Origin: Candidatus Aenigmatarchaeota archaeon
GTDB taxonomy: Archaea > Aenigmatarchaeota > Aenigmatarchaeia > GW2011-AR5
Assembly: GCA_016180945.1 (NCBI GenBank)
Contig: JACPAG010000003.1
Coordinates: 39,312-103,311 of the forward strand
Reading direction: 5' to 3'
DNA: 64,000 bases
The first letter of the stretch is position 1. Each line of letters begins with the position of its first letter. This document shows positions 46,055 through 54,095 of this stretch, piece after piece. The position numbers and the translations under genes are program-made. The notes under the pieces are model-generated. The model worked only from the letters and a program-made list of their open reading frames with translations. It searched no databases and was not told the origin of the DNA.

Positions 46055-46148
46055 TACAAGCGATACCACCAGTCTCGGACTGGTGGTTCGTGGTGTAAAA
46101 AACTTTGTCGTTAATATCAAATGATGCAAGAAGGACTTGCGAGTCCTT
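46055..46148 (+). repeat. R1 dispersed repeat, copy 4 (identical to copy 3 over ~94 nt)
   Basis: Starts 10 nt after the antiporter stop. Confidence 0.75.
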
Positions 46149-46231
46149 TATCAAAAAGGATTTGAAGATTTCGAGGAAGGAATTTAAAAAATGCCTTTAA
46201 AAACTGTTGGAAATAAATTTAGGCGATACCT

Positions 46232-46747
46232 ATGGGATTAAGACCCGGAAGATGCTATACAAAGCTGCAGCGCCCGTATACGCGCCAGTCTATCCACGTC
46301 CCGAGAAAAGGCTACGTCAAGGGGGTGCCGAAGGCGAAGATAACCGAATTCCAGCTCGGCAAGGATAAGACATATGAAAACAGGCTTTATCTCGTCTCGA
46401 CGCGCGACGTCCAGATACGGCATAATTCTCTGGAGTCAGCCCGTGTCTCGGCCATCCAGATATTGGAAAAGCATCTGGGAAAGCTGTCCGACTTCTTTTT
46501 CAAAGTCCGCGTGTATCCGCACCAGGTCCTGAGGGAAAATTCCATGGCAACAGGCGCCGGCGCAGACCGTTTCCAGCAGGGCATGAGGCAGTCTTTTGGA
46601 AAGCCTGTTGGAACAGCAGCCCGCGTCAAAAAAGGCCAGGCGATTTTAGAAATACGCGTCAATAAAGTCGGCATAGCCGTCGTCAAAAAAGCCATGAAAC
46701 AGGCGCAGTACAAACTGCCGGTGCCATGCAGGATTGTAGTGGAGTAA
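46232..46747 (+). CDS. rpl10e: 50S ribosomal protein L10e (uL16)
   Basis: RPGRCYT...GMRQSFGKP signature. Confidence 0.9.
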   Translation: MGLRPGRCYTKLQRPYTRQSIHVPRKGYVKGVPKAKITEFQLGKDKTYENRLYLVSTRDVQIRHNSLESARVSAIQILEKHLGKLSDFFFKVRVYPHQVLRENSMATGAGADRFQQGMRQSFGKPVGTAARVKKGQAILEIRVNKVGIAVVKKAMKQAQYKLPVPCRIVVE

Positions 46748-46779
46748 AGAAATTTTAATCTTATTCTTCAATTAGAAGC

Positions 46780-46872
46780 ATGTCTAAGAAGGTATTTCTT
46801 GTGCATGGATGGGAAGGAGGCCCGGAGAAAGACTGGATTCCCTGGGTGAAGAGAGAACTGGAGAAATCTTGA
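46780..46872 (+). pseudogene. 30-codon remnant of an alpha/beta-hydrolase (YdeN/RBBP9-like) gene
   Basis: MSKKVFLVHGWEGGPEKDWIPWVKRELEKS then a stop. This matches the N-terminus of serine hydrolases of that family. Confidence 0.3.
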
Positions 46873-46920
46873 ATCGTTGAAAGAAAACCAGAAGATGGAT
46901 GCAATTCTTAGAATTCAGAT

Positions 46921-47553
46921 TTAAGCCTCTTTTTCTTCCCTTTGAACGATTTCTTTATCCGGCTCGTAGCCGAAATCTTCCGGCTTTAGAGTGAATTCTT
47001 CGTTCCGTTTTTTCTTTATGAGCTGCGCAAGAAGCCATAAAATAAGTGCCAAAGACTTCTTGCCTTTGTTGTTGCACGGCAGCACAAAATCCAGGTACGC
47101 CGTCTCGTTGAAGGTATCGCAAAGCCCTATGATGGGTATTCTCATCTGTATGGCCTCTTTCAGGGCCTGCTTGTCCGCCAAAGGGTCTGTAACTATCATG
47201 ATTTCCGGCTCAAAAAATTCCTTGTAGGTCGGGTTTGTCAGCGAGCCCGGCATGAACCTTCCAACTACGGCTTTTCCGCCAACCGCTTCTGCAAACTTTT
47301 CCGCCGGCTCAAATCCGACCTCCTTTCTGGCTACAATAAGTATTCTCCTCCTCTGCGCCAGAAGGTTGGAAATAATATCGATCTTTTTGTCCAGCAGGCC
47401 TACGTTTAGCACAGCCAGTCCCGTAGGCCTTATTTTATAGATAAATCTTTTCATGTCGGCCGTCTTTGACGTCATTCCGATGTGCACGCCAGCCGACAGG
47501 TATTTTTCCTTCGGTATGAGGAGTTTTTCTTTTGCTTTAGTCACAAGTATCAC
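46921..47553 (-). CDS. rps2: 30S ribosomal protein S2 (uS2)
   Basis: YLSAGVHIG...DM..FIY signature. Confidence 0.85.
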   Translation of the reverse strand: MILVTKAKEKLLIPKEKYLSAGVHIGMTSKTADMKRFIYKIRPTGLAVLNVGLLDKKIDIISNLLAQRRRILIVARKEVGFEPAEKFAEAVGGKAVVGRFMPGSLTNPTYKEFFEPEIMIVTDPLADKQALKEAIQMRIPIIGLCDTFNETAYLDFVLPCNNKGKKSLALILWLLAQLIKKKRNEEFTLKPEDFGYEPDKEIVQREEKEA

Positions 47554-47562
47554 AAAAACAGT

Positions 47563-47757
47563 TTATTCCTGAGCTGCAGGCATTCTCCTCTTCACGGTTA
47601 TAGGCAGTATGCCTTTTTCAAATTCCTGCTTTGCTATTTCTTTTGGGTCGTGCAGCTCCGTCTTTATCAGAACGGGCGCGCCCATGGAAATCTGCAGAGA
47701 CCTGGCGGAGATTATGCGCGTTTTTTCGAATCTCGTCAATCCTTCGTAATTGAACAT
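47563..47757 (-). CDS. rpoK: DNA-directed RNA polymerase subunit K (Rpo6)
   Basis: GLTRFEKTRIISARSLQISMGAPVLI. Start at Met21 of the ORF-track ORF. Confidence 0.8.
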   Translation of the reverse strand: MFNYEGLTRFEKTRIISARSLQISMGAPVLIKTELHDPKEIAKQEFEKGILPITVKRRMPAAQE

Positions 47758-47857
47758 GAAAGCACCCAAAAACAGTCCGGAATGTTGAATCATACAGCAA
47801 ACACAAGTATTAAGCAAAAACCTTTAATATGTTACTTTTATTGAAAATAATCATTTT

Positions 47858-48135
47858 ACATATTTTCTTTTCTGCAGAAGACGTTTGTCTTCTGAGAAAT
47901 CCAAGAAAGCTTTTGCTTTCTTAGGATTTGACTGCAAGCAGAAACCACAAGGTTTCTGATGTCTCGAAAAGCTCTGCTTTTCGCAGACAAGCTACTTTCT
48001 CCCCTTTGCTTCGCAACTCGAAGAAAGCAGAGCTTTCTTGAGTCGCCAAAATGCTTCGCATTTTGCGCGAAGTCGAGAGCCATTTTATTCTTTTCCGCAA
48101 GCGCTTTTCTTTCTAAGAAAAGGGCTTAAAGGAGC
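47858..48135. repeat. Hairpin-rich intergenic element ending in a terminator-like hairpin with T tracts
   Basis: Contains CAGAAGAC-GTTT-GTCTTCTG, GAAGAAAGC-AGA-GCTTTCTT and (AAGAAAAGGGCTT). Confidence 0.5.
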
Positions 48136-48903
48136 TTAACCTATGTATCTTATATCTTCTTTCGGCTTTGGCATTTCCTGGAGTATTTTCTTGTGGATTT
48201 TATCCGTCTTCTTTATCCTTTCTTCCATCTCTTTTATGGTCTTTTCAAGCCTTGAAAGGTCAACCTTGATTCCGAGTATCTTTGCCAGAACCTGAAGAAC
48301 CTTATCCGCGGCTTTGGGGTCGGTTACAAGCGGCAGCCCTATGGTCTCGCCCATCAGGCACACGCCGTCTATGTTGTACAGCTTTCCGAGACCTAACAGC
48401 AGGCCGGATGCCCCTACTATAGTCCCGATGGAATGCTCCTTTCCGAAATCTATGCCGTATTTTTCGTAAATCTTCAGCAGCTTTTTGTCGTTTACAGAAC
48501 CTATGACCCGCGGCTCTTCAACAACCCGGCCTTCGGCAAAACCGCCAAGTGTTATTATGTCGCTTACGCCCAGCTTTTGTGCAAAAGCCAGTATTTTTTC
48601 GCAGATTTCGTAGTGCCCTTCCGGCGATATGCTTTGCGTGTCGCCCGTCAGGATTATTATGTCCCTGTTCTTGGATTTGCAGTAATAGAATTCGTTTTTC
48701 AGCACGTGCGAAACAGAGTCATCGTGTATAATAACCAGAGGCAGAAAATGCGGCGAGTACAGTTCTGCAAATTTCTTCATCTTCATCTCGCTTACAAGAT
48801 AGCCGGCTGCCACCCTTCCAACGTTTCCTATTCCCGGCAGTCCCTCTACAAGAATGGGCTTTCTGAGCTTGACCTTCTCGAGCTGCTTTATAATCGTCTC
48901 CAT
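48136..48903 (-). CDS. PAC2-family proteasome assembly chaperone
   Basis: VEGLPGIGNVGRVAAGYL N-terminal signature. Confidence 0.65.
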   Translation of the reverse strand: METIIKQLEKVKLRKPILVEGLPGIGNVGRVAAGYLVSEMKMKKFAELYSPHFLPLVIIHDDSVSHVLKNEFYYCKSKNRDIIILTGDTQSISPEGHYEICEKILAFAQKLGVSDIITLGGFAEGRVVEEPRVIGSVNDKKLLKIYEKYGIDFGKEHSIGTIVGASGLLLGLGKLYNIDGVCLMGETIGLPLVTDPKAADKVLQVLAKILGIKVDLSRLEKTIKEMEERIKKTDKIHKKILQEMPKPKEDIRYIG

Positions 48904-48935
48904 AATCCCCTAACCTTCGGTTAGTCGATAGCCAT
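48904..48935 (-). promoter_or_regulatory. Leader motif copy (ATGGCTATCGAC-CTAACC-GAA-GGTTAG-GGGATT) directly 5' of the PAC2 ATG
   Basis: Exact motif on the minus strand. Confidence 0.6.
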
Positions 48936-49010
48936 CTTATAGATGTTTGCTCCTTTCAGTCGTAAGTCTATCCCATATTATTTTAATTTATGAATTATCT
49001 ATATGTTCCG

Positions 49011-49160
49011 CTATTTATACGTTGCCTTTGCCATTCTCCTGTATTTGCCGAAGCGGTCTTCCGAAGAAAACTTGGGCGGGTGAGGCGTTCTGGTTTTCTC
49101 GCCGCAATGCCCGTCAGCGAGCAGGTAGCTGCCGCATTTCACGCATTTTTTAAGCATCAT
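49011..49160 (-). CDS. nop10: H/ACA RNP protein Nop10, 49 aa; not in the ORF track
   Basis: Translation is MMLKKCVKCGSYLLADGHCGEKTRTPHPPKFSSEDRFGKYRRMAKATYK. Lies in the conserved aIF2-alpha, Nop10, PAC2 synteny. Confidence 0.75.
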   Translation of the reverse strand: MMLKKCVKCGSYLLADGHCGEKTRTPHPPKFSSEDRFGKYRRMAKATYK

Positions 49161-49204
49161 TTCCAAAACATCTCACCTTATAGTGAATGACATAATATTT
49201 AAGA

Positions 49205-49300
49205 CATTTTATATGTCATTTACATACACGCAAAAAGCAAAGCTTTTTGGTGCACCAGAAAACTCTATTTTCTGTGTGTAGCACGGACATCCTAATATGT
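49205..49300. repeat. Short version of the R2 repeat
   Basis: TTACATACACGCAAAAAGCAAAGCTTTTTGGTGCACCAGAAAACTCTATTTTCTGTGTGTAG. Confidence 0.6.
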
Positions 49301-49320
49301 CTGAATACTTATGTCCGATG

Positions 49321-50076
49321 CTATAGTACCTTGACTTCCGCTTCTGCGTCCGGCTTGGCCAGCGACACGATTGTGTCCATCTTTTCCAGAAACTCCTTTT
49401 CCCCTTTTTTCGCGTTTTTGGTCTTGTATTTTACCAGATATTCAGGCGCGCTTATGTACTTTACTTCCAGATTCATTTTTTCCGCCTTTGCCAGAATGTC
49501 CTTTATAATGTTTACGCCGTTTTCCTTGTAAGACCTGAGAAACAGCTTTGACGCGAATACAAACTCTTTCTGCTCGATATTCTTTTCCGCAACCTCTTTT
49601 AGCAGCGCAATCCATTTTTCGTCAATCTCTTTTTTCTTCAGCGCCTCCGTGTCGCTTAGTGCCCTTTTGAACCCTTCGTACAGCGAACCAAAACTCTCCT
49701 GAAGAAGAAATCCGATTTCGCTATAAACCTCGTCCAGTCTTTTGCCCGCCTTCTGGGCAACAATCTCCAGCATCTTCTCCGCCTTCTGGTTCAGGTTGTA
49801 TTCCTTCATCTTGTCTTTTTTTTGCTTCTCGTCAACGCGTTTCAGCGATAAACTCAGTCCTCTGTCGTCAACCCTCACGACCTTTGCTATTACGCTCTGC
49901 CCCTCCTTGATGTGGTTTCTTATGTCCCTTACCCAGCCGCTGCTTACCTCAGAGATGTGTATCATGCCTTCGGCGTCGTATTCTTCCAGCACGGCAAAAG
50001 CCGAATTCGGATTAAGCCTGCTTATTTTGCAGATTACAACCTCGCCCAGAGAAGGAAGACCGCGCTTTTTTACCAT
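49321..50076 (-). CDS. eif2a: Translation initiation factor 2 subunit alpha (aIF2-alpha)
   Basis: S1 domain LPSLGEVVICKI... and a helical/C-terminal domain. Confidence 0.85.
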   Translation of the reverse strand: MVKKRGLPSLGEVVICKISRLNPNSAFAVLEEYDAEGMIHISEVSSGWVRDIRNHIKEGQSVIAKVVRVDDRGLSLSLKRVDEKQKKDKMKEYNLNQKAEKMLEIVAQKAGKRLDEVYSEIGFLLQESFGSLYEGFKRALSDTEALKKKEIDEKWIALLKEVAEKNIEQKEFVFASKLFLRSYKENGVNIIKDILAKAEKMNLEVKYISAPEYLVKYKTKNAKKGEKEFLEKMDTIVSLAKPDAEAEVKVL

Positions 50077-50085
50077 TTTTTCGCC

Positions 50086-50418
50086 TCAATACAATTTTCC
50101 GCCTGCTGGAACATTCCGTTCAGGCTGGATTAATATGCAGTCATGATTTTCATCAGGAACGCCCAGCGTCAATACCTCGGAAATTTCAGGACCAATATGT
50201 TTCGGCGGAAAATTCACTACGCATAGAACCAATTTATTTTTCAACTCCGCCTTACTGTAATTTTTCACAAGCTGGGCACATGATTTTTTAATGCCGATTT
50301 CTTTCCCAAAATCAATCTTCAATTTATACGTTGGTTTCTTTGCTTCAGGAAAATCCTCTACTTCGGCGATTTTCCCAACCCTGATATCCAATTTCTGAAA
50401 ATCGTCAAATGTAGCCAT
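50086..50418 (-). CDS. tRNA-binding domain protein (Trbp111/CsaA-like)
   Basis: FQKLDIRVGKIAEVEDFPEAKKPTYKLKIDFG. Confidence 0.7.
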   Translation of the reverse strand: MATFDDFQKLDIRVGKIAEVEDFPEAKKPTYKLKIDFGKEIGIKKSCAQLVKNYSKAELKNKLVLCVVNFPPKHIGPEISEVLTLGVPDENHDCILIQPERNVPAGGKLY

Positions 50419-50585
50419 AACTTATCCCTATTATGGATAATTTTCTTTCTTTTCTCAGAAGACATTCGTCTTCTGGAAACTCCAGAAAGCTTTGCAAGCG
50501 GAGAATCAGAGATTCTCCGATGCATCAATGAGCTTTGCTGGCGTTTCTTTATCCCCTAACTTCGTTAGTCGATAGCCATATTACT
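50419..50585 (-). promoter_or_regulatory. Leader motif with a ~110-nt hairpin-rich insert between the boxes
   Basis: From the distal end toward the ATG (minus strand): ATGGCTATCGAC-CTAAC-GAAG-TTAG-GGGATAAAG, then hairpins (CAGAAGAC...GTCTTCTG, GGAGAATC...GATTCTCC, GAAAGCTTTGC...), then GGGATAAGTT-ATG. Confidence 0.55.
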
Positions 50586-50586
50586 T

Positions 50587-50647
50587 ATATATTTTCTTTT
50601 CCCAAGGCTTTTCTTTTTAAAAAGAAAAGGCTTAAAGAAAAGGGCTT
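50587..50647 (-). terminator. Terminator-like hairpin with T tracts after rps27e
   Basis: After the stop, the minus strand reads AAGCCCTTTTCTTTAAGCCTTTTCTTTTTAAAAAGAAAAGCC. Confidence 0.5.
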
Positions 50648-50824
50648 TTACTTGTCCAGAACCTGCATAGCCTTCGTCTTTATGTCGGCCATCCCGCCGC
50701 GCGGTTCTGCTAATACTTTGCCGCATACAAGGCATTTGACGACTGTCGCGGCATGGCTGAACAGTATCTGCTCATTGCGGCATTTCACGCACTTGACCTT
50801 CAAAAACTTGCTTTCCGGCTCCAT
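50648..50824 (-). CDS. rps27e: 30S ribosomal protein S27e, 58 aa; not in the ORF track
   Basis: Translation is MEPESKFLKVKCVKCRNEQILFSHAATVVKCLVCGKVLAEPRGGMADIKTKAMQVLDK, a C4 zinc finger. Confidence 0.8.
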   Translation of the reverse strand: MEPESKFLKVKCVKCRNEQILFSHAATVVKCLVCGKVLAEPRGGMADIKTKAMQVLDK

Positions 50825-50864
50825 TATCCCCTTTGCTCCGCAAAGTCGATTGCCATATTAATAA
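50825..50864 (-). promoter_or_regulatory. Leader motif copy (TTAATATGGCAATCGAC-TTTGC-GGA-GCAAA-GGGGATA) 5' of rps27e
   Basis: Exact motif. The flanking GAGCGTAGCGACCAAACATT is also found upstream of priS at ~20135. Confidence 0.6.
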
Positions 50865-50991
50865 TGTTTGGTCGCTACGCTCCAATCGGAATAATTGGAT
50901 AGAAGGTTTAAATAAGTAAATAAATATCTTCCTGTCGTACTTCAAGACCCCTTAAATAATTTGCGCCTAATAGAATTCTCGTTGAGGTGGA

Positions 50992-51309
50992 TTGTTCATG
51001 AAACCGGATGATATATTGGAAATCATAGAAATTTCCAGGGATACGGGAAAAATAAGAAAGGGCGTTAACGAAGCGACTAAGGCGGTGGAGCGCGGTGTTG
51101 CACAGGCGATTGTTGTCGCAGACGATGTGGACCCGCCAGAGATCGTGATGCACCTCCAGCCGTTGTGCGACGAAAAAAAGATCTTGTTGTTCAGGGTGCC
51201 AAGCAAAAACGAGCTTGGCCGTGCGGCCGGCATCAACGTTTCTACGGCGGCCGTGGCTATCATGGACGCAGGAGAAGCCAAGAAAAAACTAGGCGAAGCG
51301 GCGAAATAA
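50992..51309 (+). CDS. rpl7ae: 50S ribosomal protein L7Ae (K-turn binding)
   Basis: [19 protein letters not shown]... Confidence 0.85.
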   Translation: MFMKPDDILEIIEISRDTGKIRKGVNEATKAVERGVAQAIVVADDVDPPEIVMHLQPLCDEKKILLFRVPSKNELGRAAGINVSTAAVAIMDAGEAKKKLGEAAK

Positions 51310-51316
51310 GCAAAAT

Positions 51317-51571
51317 TTGTCAATGTATAAAATGATAGCTATGTCAGAACCAGGAATTGGGTTTCATGTCAGGCGTATTTTAATTAGGCCTGACGGAAGC
51401 AGAGAAGATGAGGGACTAATTTTCCCACAGGGATACGACCAAATGAAAACCGGTTCTCTCCTTCCTTATCCGACGATGGATGAAGCAAGATTAGCAAAGC
51501 AGCAAATTTTAGCAGAAGGTTTACCATCGGGTAGGACATTAGTAATTTACAGCGTAAATGAAGTAGAATAA
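51317..51571 (+). CDS. Hypothetical orphan protein inserted between rpl7ae and rps28e
   Basis: 84-aa ORF, AT-richer with different codon usage. It splits the conserved L7Ae-S28e-L24e cluster. Confidence 0.35.
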   Translation: MSMYKMIAMSEPGIGFHVRRILIRPDGSREDEGLIFPQGYDQMKTGSLLPYPTMDEARLAKQQILAEGLPSGRTLVIYSVNEVE

Positions 51572-51572
51572 A

Positions 51573-51791
51573 GTGATGTTGATGCCAACCGATGCAATGC
51601 CTGCCGAAATAATAACGATATTAGGCAGGTCAGGAAACAAGGGAATATTCAGCGTTAAATGCAAGGTGCTGGACGGCCGGGACAAGGGAAAAGTGCTTAC
51701 AAGAAACGTTATCGGCCCCGTGCGGCTGGGCGATGTTCTGATGCTGCGCGACACAGAGATGGAAGCGTCCGAATCTTACGGCAGGCGATAA
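51573..51791 (+). CDS. rps28e: 30S ribosomal protein S28e
   Basis: AEIITILGRSGNKG...VLTRNVIGPVRLGDVLMLRDTE. Confidence 0.85.
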   Translation: MMLMPTDAMPAEIITILGRSGNKGIFSVKCKVLDGRDKGKVLTRNVIGPVRLGDVLMLRDTEMEASESYGRR

Positions 51792-51794
51792 GCT

Positions 51795-51945
51795 CCTTTT
51801 TCTTTAGAAAAGAAAAAGTAGCTTGTCTGTGGAAAGCAAGAGCTTTCCAAGATCTCAGAAACCAGAAGGTTTCTGCAGACAGTCAAAAAGAAAATAATAA
51901 TTTATATAATATGGCTATCGACTCTGCGAAGCAGAGGGGATGTAT
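51795..51945 (+). promoter_or_regulatory. Hairpin-rich element followed by a leader motif copy (ATGGCTATCGAC-CTCTGC-GAA-GCAGAG-GGGATGTAT) before rpl24e
   Basis: Nested hairpins GTCTG-TGGAAAGC-AAGA-GCTTTCCA...CAGAAACC-AGAA-GGTTTCTG-CAGAC, then TTTATATAAT plus the motif. Confidence 0.55.
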
Positions 51946-52104
51946 ATGGCTAAGTGTTCATTTTGCAGTTCATCGATAGAAGCAGGCACTGGAAAAACGA
52001 TTATCCAGAAAACCGGCAAGATAAGCTACTTCTGCTCCAAAAAATGCGAAAAAAACCTGTTCAAGCTGGGCCGTGACCCGAGAAAATTCAAATGGGCTCA
52101 ATAA
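51946..52104 (+). CDS. rpl24e: 50S ribosomal protein L24e, 52 aa; not in the ORF track
   Basis: Translation is MAKCSFCSSSIEAGTGKTIIQKTGKISYFCSKKCEKNLFKLGRDPRKFKWAQ. Confidence 0.8.
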   Translation: MAKCSFCSSSIEAGTGKTIIQKTGKISYFCSKKCEKNLFKLGRDPRKFKWAQ

Positions 52105-52295
52105 TGTCCGAATTTATAAGAGATATTAGAAGGAATTTTTCTCACGACTTTAGTGAAAGGCCCGTTTCGGCAATTGGCGAAGCTTGCCTTGTATTTTCTC
52201 TTCCTCTGTACCTCATGACAGGCAACACCTATGCCGGTGGTGCGGCAGCCATATCCAGTATAATAACAGCTACAGGTTATGTACTTGGCCGCTAG
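52105..52295 (+). CDS. Possible small membrane protein
   Basis: ORF track 52092-52295. An internal Met follows the rpl24e stop. One hydrophobic segment. Confidence 0.25.
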
Positions 52296-52296
52296 T

Positions 52297-52540
52297 TAGA
52301 TAACTCCTTTTATAGTGAAACCAGAAAAGAATCGGTATATTAATTTCTGGTTTTACATACACACAAAGAAGCATAGCTTCTTCTCCAAGAGGCCAAAGGT
52401 CTCTGGAGACTCAGGAAAGCTTTGCAAGCGGAGAATCTGGGATTCTCCGATGCACCAATGAGCTTTGCTCATTGCTTGCTTTCCTCGAGTTGGTGCGCCA
52501 GAAAACTTTGTTTTCTGCGTGTAGTCAGCAAGGATGTAAT
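52297..52540 (+). repeat. R2 composite palindromic repeat, direct copy with an extra ~50-nt module
   Basis: Near-identical to the reverse complement of 40690-40865. The extra module GAAAGCTTTGCAAGCGGAGAATCTGGGATTCTCCGATGCACCAATGAGCTTTGCT also occurs at 50470-50530. Confidence 0.7.
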
Positions 52541-52594
52541 ATGCTGTTTGTTTCCTTGCATGACTATAAATTTCCAGACGATTATATATTTAAC

Positions 52595-53056
52595 ATGAAA
52601 GTCAGGGACGTGATGACCAGAGATTTGATAACCATCAGGAATGACAATAAAGTTAAGCACGCCCTTGAGGCGCTTGCAAAGAATAAAATATCCTGCTGCC
52701 CTGTTCTGGACAGGAAAAACAATTTTCTTGGAATAATAACCCAGACGGATATAATAAAAATAATAGACGTCCATTCTAAAATTCACAAGGCAAAAGAGAT
52801 GTTTCCGCTGATCGCCGCCGCCGCCAGGTCGAAAAATTATGACAAGCTCAGGAGGGAGATAAAATCAGTCATGGACATGGAAGTAAGCAATTTCATGAAC
52901 AGGGAGCCTGTGACCATCGCTGCCCACGAAGACCTTTATACGGCAGCCAAGGTTATGAACAAGCACGGCATAAACCACCTTCCCGTTGTCAATAAGAACA
53001 AGCTCGTGGGAATTCTCAGCAAAAGCGACCTGATAAAGACATTGGAAAAATTATAG
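52595..53056 (+). CDS. CBS-domain pair protein
   Basis: Two CBS motifs. Start at Met42 of the ORF-track ORF. Confidence 0.7.
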   Translation: MKVRDVMTRDLITIRNDNKVKHALEALAKNKISCCPVLDRKNNFLGIITQTDIIKIIDVHSKIHKAKEMFPLIAAAARSKNYDKLRREIKSVMDMEVSNFMNREPVTIAAHEDLYTAAKVMNKHGINHLPVVNKNKLVGILSKSDLIKTLEKL

Positions 53057-53287
53057 ATGATGTCAATGCCTATTCCACCGCCCCATCCGCCAAATCACAA
53101 GCCGCCACATTTAAGAGAAAGAACATCTTTAGTAAAGAGTTTAATTATCTCAACAGTAATAGCAATTATTTTTTATTTTATTATGGACTATCTTAATGTT
53201 CCGTTGGGAGGGTCTGTCCCGGCTTCTGTTGCACTATGGACAGGATTGGTGGCTATTTTAGCCAAACTATTGGGGAAACATCCTTAG
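53057..53287 (+). CDS. Small membrane protein (Pro/His-rich N-terminus, 2 TM helices)
   Basis: 76-aa ORF coupled to the CBS gene. Confidence 0.35.
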   Translation: MMSMPIPPPHPPNHKPPHLRERTSLVKSLIISTVIAIIFYFIMDYLNVPLGGSVPASVALWTGLVAILAKLLGKHP

Positions 53288-53295
53288 TTATCTTT

Positions 53296-54000
53296 TCAGC
53301 TTCCGAACCTTCTTTTCCTGCTTTCAAACTCTTCTATAGCTTCCTGGAAGTCCTTTTTTGTCAGTTCCGGCCATTTTCTGTCGGTGAATATCAATTCTGC
53401 ATACGCCGACTGGAAAGGCAGAAAATTCGATAGCCTTTTTTCGCCGCCTGTCCGGAATATCATGTCCGGCTCCGGCTGCCCGTTAGTGTAAAGGTGCTCT
53501 TTCAGTATTTTTTCGTTAAGCTGGGCAGGGCTTATTACGCCTTTCAGTCCTTTTTCCAGTATTTTTTTTGTCGCGTCTACAAGCTCTTGCTGCCCGCCAT
53601 AAGCGACGGCTATGTTAAGCGCGTATTTTTTGTATTTTTTCGTCCGCTCCTCAACGAGCTTCATCTTTTTCTGCAGATGTTCCGGCAAAACTGACGTCCT
53701 TCCGATGAACCGGACGCGCACACGGAATTTGTGAACGACGTGGTTTGCGTTTTTCAGTATACTCTCGGTTTCCATGCCAAGATATTTCAGGATAAAGCTC
53801 AGCTCTTTTTTAGGCCTGGTTGAGATATTTTCAAGCGACAGCACGTATGCCGTTATATATTTTATGCCCGCTTCGCAGGCCCACTGCAAAACTTGCCGCG
53901 ACTTTATGAGGCCGACCTTATGGCCTTCCCAGGGACGTTTCATAATCTGCCGGGCAAATCTCCTGTTGCCGTCAAGAATAACGCCTATATGCCTTATCAT
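53296..54000 (-). CDS. uppS: Undecaprenyl-diphosphate synthase family (cis-prenyltransferase UppS)
   Basis: HIGVILDGNRRFA... Confidence 0.8.
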   Translation of the reverse strand: MIRHIGVILDGNRRFARQIMKRPWEGHKVGLIKSRQVLQWACEAGIKYITAYVLSLENISTRPKKELSFILKYLGMETESILKNANHVVHKFRVRVRFIGRTSVLPEHLQKKMKLVEERTKKYKKYALNIAVAYGGQQELVDATKKILEKGLKGVISPAQLNEKILKEHLYTNGQPEPDMIFRTGGEKRLSNFLPFQSAYAELIFTDRKWPELTKKDFQEAIEEFESRKRRFGS

Positions 54001-54095
54001 CGCAATACCACTATTGTTATTAAACGTATAGATTTTAAATCTAACGATAAACCTATATGTTATCGGTATAAAAATAGATTTAGGACAATGTTAGA

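Noticed and set aside
11576-46148. R1 repeats as box C/D or H/ACA guide RNAs
   Set aside because: An AUGAUGC C-box-like sequence follows copies 3 and 4, but no D box (CUGA) lies at the appropriate spacing. The main hairpin is perfect, with no pseudouridylation pocket or ACA tail.
50535-50861. 108-aa plus-strand ORF
   Set aside because: The minus strand here encodes a textbook S27e (C4 zinc finger) with leader motif and terminator. The plus-strand ORF is the shadow frame.
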